A stretch of 28,957 bases of DNA, taken from Vitrella brassicaformis CCMP3155. Its lineage: Eukaryota; Protista; Chromerida. Each line of letters starts with the position of its first letter. Positions within the stretch are counted from its first letter, which is position 1. A program made the translations under genes and the position numbers. The DNA lies in NCBI GenBank assembly GCA_001179505.1, contig CDMY01000701.1:1-28957 (forward strand), given 5' to 3'. This document shows, piece after piece, positions 10,496-18,925 of the stretch. The notes below the pieces were generated by a model that made no database searches, had not been told where the DNA came from, and saw only the letters and a list, made by a program, of their open reading frames with translations.

Positions 10496-10710
10496 AATGG
10501 CTGGACATATACAAACCGTCCATGCATCTCCTGGAGTGCAACGTGTTCTTTCATCTCGCTGCCTCACTCGTAAAGGGAGACCCAGTTTTCGGTCTGTTGG
10601 GATGCATGCAGGCCCATGAGTCGATGAATCGAGAGGCGCATGTAATGGAGGGGAATCACACGATGAAGGGAAGGGGTGACAACGTCAAGGCGTGCCGTTC
10701 TCAGCTATGA
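10491..10710 (+). pseudogene. Possible C-terminal catalytic-Glu region of an EnSpm/CACTA-type transposase
   Basis: After the acceptor ttttttcgcgattgcag (ends 10490) it reads LKWLDIYKPSMHLLECNVFFHLAASLVKGDPVFGLLGCMQAHESMNREAH. This resembles the K-x-H-x-L…H…GP…(F)E-x-x-N motif of Tnp2/CACTA transposases, but the match is loose. Confidence 0.35.
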
Positions 10711-10929
10711 CAGCAAAGTGAGCACACGGATGACACCTGCGGACGAGTACAATAGACCGCTGCCTGACGTGCCTCTTATCACTGGCCCCTTTGAGGGACA
10801 GCAGTTTCAGGGAGAACTGTGAGAATGCTGTAGCAAACGTTAACGCGAATAGGTGTACCAATCAAGGGCTCATCTGATTGGTCTAGTAGCGCGAATTGTC
10901 TGTATGAATGTATGACTCATTTACTTGAC

Positions 10930-11256
10930 GAATTGAGTGAGTGATATCTCGCCAATCAGAGTGAGTGAGGTGATGATGTTGGCAGTGAATTGATTGCCCT
11001 TCGAGTGACGGTTCAGATGCGCCGAGTGCGGTTCGTGTCTGTCAAGTCACTGCAGAGAAAGCAGTAGGTCAGATAGGTATTGGTGATACAGAATTGAGTG
11101 AGTGATATCTCGCCAACCAGAGTGAGTGAGGTGATGATGTTGGCAGTGAATTGATTGTCCTTCGAGTGACGGTTCAGATGCGCCGGGTGCGGTTCGTGTC
11201 TGTCAAGTCACTGCAGAGAAAGCAGTAGGTCAGATAGGTATTGGTGATACAGAATT
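10930..11256 (-). repeat. 161-bp tandem array, right arm (reverse complement of the left array)
   Basis: aattgagtgagtgatatctc recurs at 10931 and 11092, and gaatt recurs at 11252 (period 161). The array runs into the gap. Confidence 0.95.
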
Positions 11257-12261
11257 NNNNNNNNNNNNNNNNNNNNNNNNNNNNNNNNNNNNNNNNNNNN
11301 NNNNNNNNNNNNNNNNNNNNNNNNNNNNNNNNNNNNNNNNNNNNNNNNNNNNNNNNNNNNNNNNNNNNNNNNNNNNNNNNNNNNNNNNNNNNNNNNNNNN
11401 NNNNNNNNNNNNNNNNNNNNNNNNNNNNNNNNNNNNNNNNNNNNNNNNNNNNNNNNNNNNNNNNNNNNNNNNNNNNNNNNNNNNNNNNNNNNNNNNNNNN
11501 NNNNNNNNNNNNNNNNNNNNNNNNNNNNNNNNNNNNNNNNNNNNNNNNNNNNNNNNCCGCGGTGCTTTGGTTGCTGAGAACGGAGCGCTGTCAGAAGGGT
11601 GCCAATTGTGAAAGAACGTGACCGAGCGGGGAGCTGCTGCTTGGTGTGTGAGAGGCTCTCACCAGGCCGGTTCACATTGGTGTCACACAATCTGGGCGGG
11701 CTGCTTCTCTGCAATTTCATTTTGTGGGGGTCACATGCAAAATGGGGCCTGCACGTCGAGATTCTCGACGTTTGCGAGTGGACCCCCGGTGTATATATCC
11801 GATTGAATCACACCATCTGCGCGGTTATTTTTTACTTTTGTCGGAAAGGATCTGAGCTACCCCCTAACCAGCGATACGGGGGGAGCCAGTCGCGGTGACA
11901 CGTCGTGTGTTCGCGCGTTCGTTCGTCGTTCGTCGTCCGATCGTTCGTTCATTCGTTTGTTGTTCCCGTCCGTGTGACAGACAGTCAGTCGTTGATAAGA
12001 GCAGTCCCCCGTGTGTGCGAACAGAGATAGCTTGAGCCTTCAGTAACAGAAACCTTCACACACCAATCAAACACCCACTCTCACTCACCAGTAACACTTC
12101 ATCCAGTATCCTCGAGCTTTGTGCTATTACTCATAGCACATCGGACACAGACACCGCAGGACAGAAGAGGAGGCGGTAACACAGGTCGACTTGACTCGTG
12201 TGCTTGTCGTCATTTATTCTTAATTGTGTCTCTTATCGATTGGTCAATAGCGCTAATTTTC

Positions 12262-12279
12262 TGGTGCATCTGCCGTGAA
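12262..12279 (+). promoter_or_regulatory. Primer-binding site, tRNA-Gly type
   Basis: TGGTGCATCTGCCGTGAA lies 40 nt upstream of the gag ATG. TGG-TGCA is complementary to the …UGCA-CCA 3' end typical of eukaryotic tRNA-Gly(GCC), and GCCG-x-GAA matches the T-stem/loop complement. Confidence 0.7.
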
Positions 12280-12301
12280 AGCTCGAGCTTGAGAAGGCTG
12301 G

Positions 12302-13622
12302 ATGAAGCTCAGGAGTGGGACAAAGACAGCCCTTCACACAAAGGGGGTGGCCAGCAAGGCCGTTGTGCAGGAGAAGGCCAAGCAACGCAACCGGGGAGAG
12401 AAATCACTGCTCCGCAAAATGCGTGACGACAGGCGGAGGGCCATGAAGAATGCTGGGAGCACGGCTGACGTGGCAGCCGTACGGCTCACAGCAACTCATC
12501 AGGAGGATGAGCCACCAGAGATTGATGTGAGCCAGCCACTCACACAGTCACCGGCCAGGACGCCGAGTGCCATCACACGTGAAGACCTGAAGCAGCTGAC
12601 CGATGTGCAAAGACCTAAGGTGAGTCTGCCGAAGTTTAATGGTGTGTCTGGCACATCCATAGAGACATTCATTCAAGCCATCAGGGTCGCAGAGGAACTG
12701 CATGGACAGACAAAGGGCAGTATCCTCCCTCATGTCATCGGTCACATAGAGGACCCTGCACAGAAGAATGTCATCCATAAGCTGGCTGAGCTTCAAAAGG
12801 AAGTCAGCATGACCAACGCCGAGCAGCTAAAGCACTTGCTTCTTTTCCTGAAGGATGAGTACGGGCAGAAGCAGTCAGAAACGCTTGCGATAGCTCAGCG
12901 AATGAAGCTGTGGAGGCAAAAACCTGAACAGACATTCCAGGAAGCATTCACTGAGTTCAGGGAGCTGTACGGCAAGTCCGACAAGCCCGAGCGCGACAGT
13001 CGAGCTCTTCATTGACGGTCTCCTACCTGAACTGAGAGACAAGATATATGACAAGGACGGCAACCCACGTACGTTCAGAGCTGTCAAAGACCTTGGCCTG
13101 AATGCAGAGGTGTGGATGCTCCGCACCGGCAGACGCAAGAGACACATCGACGATGATGAAGACAGCGAGGCCGAGAGGACAAGACCGTCGAAGAGCGCTC
13201 GATTTGATGTCAATGCCATCGAAAGACAGCCCACAAAAGAGACACCGGACAACAATGAAAAGAACGACATCCTGGCTTCTATCAATGCTGTCAAAGCAGA
13301 CCTGGGTGCCTTCAAGGAGCGCCTAGATGCATCCATTCAGAAGCAGAAGGATGGGGCCAACGTGAATGTCTCGGGGCAGAGAAAAAACGGCCATTACAGA
13401 GAGAACCAGCGAGGGAAAGGTTGGGGCTACCGATTCAATGGATACTGCAACCATTGCGGCGGCTACGGACACCGACGGAGAGAGTGCAAGCAGCTACAGC
13501 GACGGCGCCAACCGATGCGCATGAATCGACCGATTCACGCAACACCGATGACGGGCGCGAATTCCGTGCCTGTGCATGTCCTCCCACCACCGCCAGCTTA
13601 CCCACAGCTGGGAAACAAGTGA
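12302..13622 (+). pseudogene. gag: Gag (capsid plus CCHC nucleocapsid), split by a frameshift near 12995
   Basis: ORF 12302-13015 continues in the 13110-13622 frame as VELFIDGLLPELRDKI (Gag F-x2-GL motif). Zinc knuckle CNHCGGYGHRRREC (C-x2-C-x4-H-x4-C). Stop TGA at 13620-13622. Confidence 0.9.
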
Positions 13623-13676
13623 GTCCTCCGTCTCGGGGCGCACGAGAGGACGTATGCCATGTGAATGACGCCCTGA
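13610..13676 (+). promoter_or_regulatory. -1 programmed ribosomal frameshift signal (slippery heptamer plus predicted pseudoknot)
   Basis: G GGA AAC at 13610-13616 is in X XXY YYZ phase with gag, and the -1 frame is the open protease ORF. The spacer is 6 nt. Stem 1 is GTCCTC-CGT (13623-13631) with ACG-a-GAGGAC (13642-13651). The loop TCGGGGCG (13633-13640) can pair with CGCCCTGA (13669-13676). Confidence 0.85.
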
Positions 13677-15403
13677 ATACACAGAGAGAGAGTGACCCCA
13701 TGTATCAGTTGTTTTTGAAAGGTACCCGTGATGTGCTGTGTGAGCCGATGATGAACTACTTCGAGGGGGGGGACCCATACAGAAATCGACCATCCCGTGG
13801 CCAGATGGCCTCGATGCATTGGCAAGGGCACCCGGTGGCACCGGATGCATCGAGCCTGTTGGCTGGACGGCCTTCAGTTGAGGCGGCAGGGCTGCCTGGG
13901 GTTTTGAGTCTGGCTACGGGGATGCCGCCCGAGACACTAGAAGCAGGAATCGTGTCCCCTACGTGGCTCGGGGTCAGGCGCGCGAGTGCATTGCGAAGGC
14001 AAAAGAGCCTTGGTGCGACTCGGCAGGTTGTCCGTCGGGCTCAAGAGGGTCCTATTGGTGGAATAGTGACCTCCGAGGATTGTTTCCTCGCCGTCGGTGA
14101 AGGGCAGCCGCGGAGAGCCGGCGTTGGGCCGGGGCTGAGTGCTGCTCGGCAGCATGCGATCAATGGGGCCAGTCCCGGTCAAGACCCCATTTGCAGAAGG
14201 CGGGGGGAGGGGACGCCCTCTTCACTGGCCTTCCGCGCGTCGTTGGAACCTGAGGGACAGGGCCCACCAATGACAAGTGTAGTGTGTGGTCGATGTATGG
14301 GAAATGACAGAAATGAGAGACATGAGAGAAATGAGAGTGATCACGGGGATATACGTTCGGCTCGCTTACGTGCGAATGGTATCGCCGATGTTGCACGCTC
14401 TGATGCATCCGTGCATAAGAGTGACACGGTCGGCACTGTGCAGGCCGTGCGATGGCAGATACACGTACCCATGTGTGTGAATGGGGTATTGTGTGAGGTC
14501 CTTGTCGATACAGGGGCTGATCTGTGTGTTATGAGCCGCAAGATGGCTGATAGACTGGACAGGGAGGGAAAGAAGAAGCTCACCATGAAGCCGAGTGAGG
14601 CCAAACTGAATGTACCGCATCATGGGGAGGTGAGCATGGATGGTGTTGTGGCGATCGATCTTCTGCCTACCGAGAACAAGAATGAGTGTAGGCCGATCAC
14701 TGTTGAGTGTTGTGTGATTGAAGACCCTAATGCCTTCGTCTTACTTAGCGCGAAGCCAATCAGAAGAGAGGGGATGGTTATTGATGGACGTTCTGGCATC
14801 ACGTGCATTGCTTCCCGACCAGAATGGCCGTCCATCTCCATGTGTGAGCCGCATACACGAGCGGACGATTGTCTGAGTGCAATTGCCATCGGTACGGCAC
14901 GAGTCGTCACGCTGAGAGATGAGAGCAAGCCCATGAGCCGCGTCGTTGTGACTGCACGAACGGCAATTCCAGCGGGCAGAGAGACATGGGTGCGGGCTCG
15001 TTTGAGCGGCAGTGAAGGCATGATAGGGGACATCGGTCGAGTGTTGGAGCATCCACGACTTGCGTATCATAAGGGCGTCTGGTTGACAATAGAGAATCCA
15101 ATAGTAAAAGTAACAGCTGGTCGTCGTGTGCATGTACGCATCCACAATGCGTCTCACAAGAGAGTCGTCTTATGGAAATCACAGGTGTTGGGGTGGTTCA
15201 ATCCATTCAAGGACCTGGACGACAAGGCACACATTGACATGGCAGCACTCTCACTGACGATTGACGATGTCTCTACGGTACCTGCCGAGATCGATCGGGA
15301 GCGCGTTGATCACTTGATGTCCACTGCGCCGGAGACAGAAGACATTCGTCATTTTCCTGACGCTGAAGCCATCGTACATGAAATACAGGTCGGCATGGCC
15401 TAA
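13610..15403 (+). CDS. pol: Pol N-terminal part: long spacer, aspartic protease, dUTPase-like beta domain
   Basis: VLVDTGADLCVMS (DTG at 14507-14515). Downstream, TAIPAGRETWVRARL…VHVRIHNASHKRVVLWKSQVLG fits the degenerate dUTPase-fold pattern seen between PR and RT in some Gypsy elements. The ORF ends TAA at 15403, one base out of frame with RT. Confidence 0.85.
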   Translation, partial: GKQVSPPSRGAREDVCHVNDALNTQRESDPMYQLFLKGTRDVLCEPMMNYFEGGDPYRNRPSRGQMASMHWQGHPVAPDASSLLAGRPSVEAAGLPGVLSLATGMPPETLEAGIVSPTWLGVRRASALRRQKSLGATRQVVRRAQEGPIGGIVTSEDCFLAVGEGQPRRAGVGPGLSAARQHAINGASPGQDPICRRRGEGTPSSLAFRASLEPEGQGPPMTSVVCGRCMGNDRNERHERNESDHGDIRSARLRANGIADVARSDASVHKSDTVGTVQAVRWQIHVPMCVNGVLCEVLVDTGADLCVMSRKMADRLDREGKKKLTMKPSEAKLNVPHHGEVSMDGVVAIDLLPTENKNECRPITVECCVIEDPNAFVLLSAKPIRREGMVIDGRSGITCIASRPEWPSISMCEPHTRADDCLSAIAIGTARVVTLRDESKPMSRVVVTARTAIPAGRETWVRARLSGSEGMIGDIGRVLEHPRLAYHKGVWLTIENPIVKVTAGRRVHVRIHNASHKRVVLWKSQVLGWFNPFKDLDDKAHIDMAALSLTIDDVSTVPAEIDRERVDHLMSTAPETEDIRHFPDAEAIVHEIQVGMA

Positions 15404-18165
15404 ACAAGCAACAGAAGAAGCAAGCGGTCCGAGTGATCAAAGAAGCCCAACAGACGAGCGTGTTCTCCAGAGACAAGACTGACCTCGGTCACGTCGATCC
15501 ATCGCATGGTGTCCATCGAATTAATGTGAGCGGTAACCCGCCTTACATGAAGCCACGCAGGCTAGCACGAGCAGAAGAGGAGGCAGCGCATCAAATCGTC
15601 AGCGATCTGGAAGCCTCAGGCATTGTCGAACCAGCAGACTCAGAATACAATGCAGCCATTGTCATGGTCAAGAAGAAAGATGGCACGTGGCGTCTCTGCG
15701 TGGACTATCGGTGGCTGAATGAAATTACAGAGAAGTCTCGCTACGCACCGCTATTGATCGATCGATGCTTTGAATCCCTCCAGGGCATGTCATGGTTTAG
15801 CACTCTTGACGCGACATCGGGCTTCTGGCAAGTCGAGGTCCATCCAGACGACAGGCACAAGACGGCATTTTCCGTCAATGGTCAGACACAGAAGCAGTGG
15901 GCTCGTATGCCGATGGGCCTGTGCAACAGCGTAGCGACATTCCAGAGAGTCATGGACAAAGTGCTGAAGCGAGTGCTGTGGAAGAGTGCATTTTCGTACG
16001 TAGATGACATTGTGATCTACTCGCGCACCTTCGAGGAGCATTGCGGGCACATACTTGATGTATTCCAACTGCTGCACGCTGCAAACATCAAAGTGAAGCC
16101 GAGCAAGTGCACCTTCTTTGCGCGAAAGATATCAATTCTCGGCTTCCTTGTCTCCGAAGGAGGCTTGCAGGCCGATCCGAAGAAGGTCGAAAAGATGGTC
16201 GACATGGCTGAACCAACAGACAGAAAGGAGCTGCGGAGCATGCTGGGTGTCTTCCAGTACTACAAACGTTTCGTCAAGGGCTATGCTGACCTTGCCAGGC
16301 CACTCACTGACCTGACGACGAAGGAATATCCCTTTGCGTGGGGAGACACGGAAAGACAAGCCCTCCGAGCACTGAAGGAGAGGATGGTCCGAGCACCTAT
16401 CCTGCTCTTGCCTGACTTCAAGAACTCCTTCCAGCTCAAGACGGACGCAAGCGATTACGCAATTGGCGCGATCCTCTGTCAGAGAGACAGCACGGGACAA
16501 GAGAAACCCATACATTACGCTAGCTCTGCTTTGGGGAGGACCGAACGTAATTGGTCAGCCACAGAGCGAGAGGCATACGCCATTTACTATTTTGTGCGCC
16601 ACTTCCGCCCGTACCTGTTTGGCCATCGATTTGAGTTAATCTCAGATCATCAAGCGCTGTCGTCATTGAAGAAGGCACAGGAAGGGGGCAATCGTAAGTT
16701 GCAGAGGTGGTCACTGATGCTGCAAGACTATGATTTCGTTTTCCGTTATCGACCTGGCAAAAAGCACAGCGACGTTGACGCACTCTCGAGGCCACCCAGG
16801 CAAACAGACGTACACGACAATTCTCCCACGTACCAGCTGGGGGCAGTTGGCGTTGAAGGTCTTGATGACAGTCCGCTGTTCCATCTTGGTCAGATCATCG
16901 CAGCGCAAGACAATTGCGATGAGACATCCAGCGTGAAAGCCTACCGGACGGCAAAAGCAGAGAACAAGAGCAAGGAAGAGCTCGAGCGGCTACGAGACAT
17001 GATCCCCAAAGCGTATCGATCACGGCTTGATCAGATTTGCTTACTTGATGGCATGGTGAGATTCGTGTCGAAGCACCAAGAATACGCACCGGTACTCGTC
17101 GTGCCCATTTCTCTGCGCGAAGCAGCTATGAAGCTCCATCACTCACATCAACTTGGCGGACACCTGGCAGTCGAGAGAGCCTACAAGCGAATGGCAAGAG
17201 AGTTCTACTGGCCAGGCATGTACGAGAGCCTCCGCAAATACATAGAGACATGTCAGGCGTGCCAAAGCAAGAGAACCCTGAGGATAGCAGGACGGCCTAC
17301 AATACAAACACCATCCGCAGAGAGACTGTTCCAGAAGATCGCTATGGACTTCATCGGGCCATTCCAGCCCTCAGAGGATGGCAATCAATATGCATTGTGC
17401 ATTCAAGACTACTTTACCAAGTGGCCAGAGGTCGTGTCATTTCGCAGCGCACCAACAGCTGAAGAGACCACGAGAGCGCTCATCGAGGCAGTCGTCACCC
17501 GACACGGGCTGCCGGAAGAAGTCATCACGGACAATGGGAGCCACTTTGTCAATCAGCTGATGCGTGACGTGACCAACATGCTGCGAATCAAACATACGAC
17601 GACAACACCACAACATCCACAGGGCAATGGCATGATTGAGCGCTTTAACCGTACCTTGAAGGATCGATTGCGTCCACACTTGAATAAGCGACAAACCAAT
17701 TGGGACAGGGTGATTCCATTGGTCTTGTATGCGTATCGCACCACCGAACATGAGTCTACTGGTTTGACGCCGTTCAAGATGATGACGGGACGAGAGGCAG
17801 TCCATCCCGGTAGCACTGCGCGGCTGGTCGCGATGAATGAGACGGCGGCCAAGGTGATCGATCCTAAGGACGCCGTCAAGCTTATAGAGGAAGGTCTACA
17901 CATGATCCGCGAAGAGGCTCTCAGAAACATGGACAGGAAGAAGCAGCAGGTGGCTTCACGCGAGAAGGATCTACCTGCACCAAGGCAATTCAAGCCAGGA
18001 GACAGGGTGCGAATATTCAGCGACGATGTGCCCAAGGACCTTAACAAAAAGCTCATCTCACCATGGCGAACGGTGGGCATCATTGAAGAGAAAACGGACC
18101 CAGTGACCTACAAGTCCGACCCTGCGGCACACAGAAGACCAAGAACATCAATGTTGATCGACTGA
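15400..18165 (+). CDS. pol: Pol: reverse transcriptase, RNase H, integrase
   Basis: RT: KKKDGTWRLCVDYRWLN, LDATSGFWQ, MPMGLCNS, YVDD (15997-16008). RNase H: TDASDYAIG, EREAYAI, SDHQAL. Integrase: HHCC (H…GH…CQAC), MDFIGP, TDNGSHF, IERFNRTLK, then the start of the GPY/F module FKPGDRV. The frame is open from 15382. Confidence 0.97.
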   Translation, partial: LNKQQKKQAVRVIKEAQQTSVFSRDKTDLGHVDPSHGVHRINVSGNPPYMKPRRLARAEEEAAHQIVSDLEASGIVEPADSEYNAAIVMVKKKDGTWRLCVDYRWLNEITEKSRYAPLLIDRCFESLQGMSWFSTLDATSGFWQVEVHPDDRHKTAFSVNGQTQKQWARMPMGLCNSVATFQRVMDKVLKRVLWKSAFSYVDDIVIYSRTFEEHCGHILDVFQLLHAANIKVKPSKCTFFARKISILGFLVSEGGLQADPKKVEKMVDMAEPTDRKELRSMLGVFQYYKRFVKGYADLARPLTDLTTKEYPFAWGDTERQALRALKERMVRAPILLLPDFKNSFQLKTDASDYAIGAILCQRDSTGQEKPIHYASSALGRTERNWSATEREAYAIYYFVRHFRPYLFGHRFELISDHQALSSLKKAQEGGNRKLQRWSLMLQDYDFVFRYRPGKKHSDVDALSRPPRQTDVHDNSPTYQLGAVGVEGLDDSPLFHLGQIIAAQDNCDETSSVKAYRTAKAENKSKEELERLRDMIPKAYRSRLDQICLLDGMVRFVSKHQEYAPVLVVPISLREAAMKLHHSHQLGGHLAVERAYKRMAREFYWPGMYESLRKYIETCQACQSKRTLRIAGRPTIQTPSAERLFQKIAMDFIGPFQPSEDGNQYALCIQDYFTKWPEVVSFRSAPTAEETTRALIEAVVTRHGLPEEVITDNGSHFVNQLMRDVTNMLRIKHTTTTPQHPQGNGMIERFNRTLKDRLRPHLNKRQTNWDRVIPLVLYAYRTTEHESTGLTPFKMMTGREAVHPGSTARLVAMNETAAKVIDPKDAVKLIEEGLHMIREEALRNMDRKKQQVASREKDLPAPRQFKPGDRVRIFSDDVPKDLNKKLISPWRTVGIIEEKTDPVTYKSDPAAHRRPRTSMLID

Positions 18166-18925
18166 AAGCAGCGCCGCCACCGATGGCTGAATACATACCA
18201 GAGAGCCACTTGAGGAGAGACAGGAGACAAACCGTCCTCAATCAAGATGCGTTTCTGACTCCAGATCAGGAGGATCAGCTCGCTGAATTCGCAGTCGGGC
18301 CAGACCATGTGCTATCGTCAAAGAGAGACACTCACTCGGCCGACATCCCTGCAGAACAGACAGAGAAGGGACCTCATTTCAATCCCACTGAGCATGACCC
18401 CAGCCTCATGAACATCGAGCCTGACCCTCGTTTCACAAAGCCGTTTACCAGGAAGTGGAAGTGATAGTAGCCAAGAGACGTCACAAGGGCAGGGTGCAAT
18501 ACAAACTGAAATGGCGCTGGTGGCCGCTCAGCTACGCGACTTGGGAGTACGAAGAGGACCTCAATTGCCCCGAGAGAGTCCAAGAGTTTGAGAACCGAGA
18601 GCCAGATACTGACCTTGATCCCCGAGACGTGCTGTTCCCGTCAGTTGGCGAAGCAGTAAGGCTGAGACATTGCCTGGAGCTCAATCGCGAGCATGTGGTC
18701 AGAATCGATCGCCTGGATGCGAGCGGCATCAAATTCACATATGTCAGCGAGCCTACGAGGCCAAAGACGTCAAAGAAAGAGATTCTCATCGGGAAGTCGA
18801 CCTTGTGCTCTCTGCGTGAGTTCTTGAAGAACTATCAGTGGGAAAAGGAAAGGGATGAGCGCGATATGGGGCCCGCCACCCGTGATGGGGAGAACAACAG
18901 TCAACCAGGGCTTAATATACCATAG
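18117..18925 (+). pseudogene. pol: Integrase C-terminus: end of GPY/F, linker, chromodomain (18446-18592) and 110-aa extension; two frameshifts
   Basis: After a 1-nt loss at ~18115 it reads RPCGTQKTKNINVDRLK (typical GPY/F end). After a second shift within 18425-18446 it reads YQEVEVIVAKRRHKGRVQYKLKWRWWPLSYATWEYEEDLNCPERVQEFE, a canonical chromodomain. Confidence 0.9.

Larger units (their letters stand above)
9083..11900. mobile_element. Foldback-type DNA transposon (long terminal inverted repeats with internal tandem arrays), probably non-autonomous
   Basis: 9094-9427 is the reverse complement of 11563-11896 with a point difference (gcgtgtg vs gcatgtg). Both termini read TGTCAC, and the left copy has a 7-nt insert GAGTGAC after it. 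The flanks catcgtg (9076-9082) and cgtcgtg (11901-11907) form a 1-mismatch direct repeat. Both arms continue across gaps into the same 161-bp array in opposite orientation. Confidence 0.7.
12262..18925 (+). mobile_element. Ty3/Gypsy (Metaviridae) chromodomain-bearing LTR retrotransposon, internal region; LTRs not identifiable
   Basis: Order PBS-gag-PR-RT-RH-IN-chromodomain, with integrase after RNase H (diagnostic of Ty3/Gypsy). No direct repeat is shared between the sequence upstream of 12262 and downstream of 18925. Confidence 0.97.

Noticed and set aside
9728-11256. 161-bp units as tRNA/snRNA/5S or spliced-leader gene arrays
   Set aside because: I could not recognise a cloverleaf, A/B boxes, an Sm site or 5S similarity. 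An Rfam search would settle it.
2044-11720. ORFs spanning poly-X
   Set aside because: Artefacts of translating through N gaps.
9083-11900. Inverted arms as the LTRs of the Gypsy element
   Set aside because: LTRs are direct repeats flanking the coding region. These are inverted, both upstream of gag, absent at the 3' end, and end 361 nt before the PBS.
15382-15403. Second programmed -1 frameshift between pro and RT, as in betaretroviruses
   Set aside because: The frames overlap by only 22 nt (aatacaggtcggcatggcctaa) and contain no X XXY YYZ heptamer. A 1-nt deletion is simpler.
18425-18464. Programmed frameshift controlling chromodomain expression
   Set aside because: There is no slippery heptamer in the overlap, and loss of one T from a T run restores PFYQEVE.
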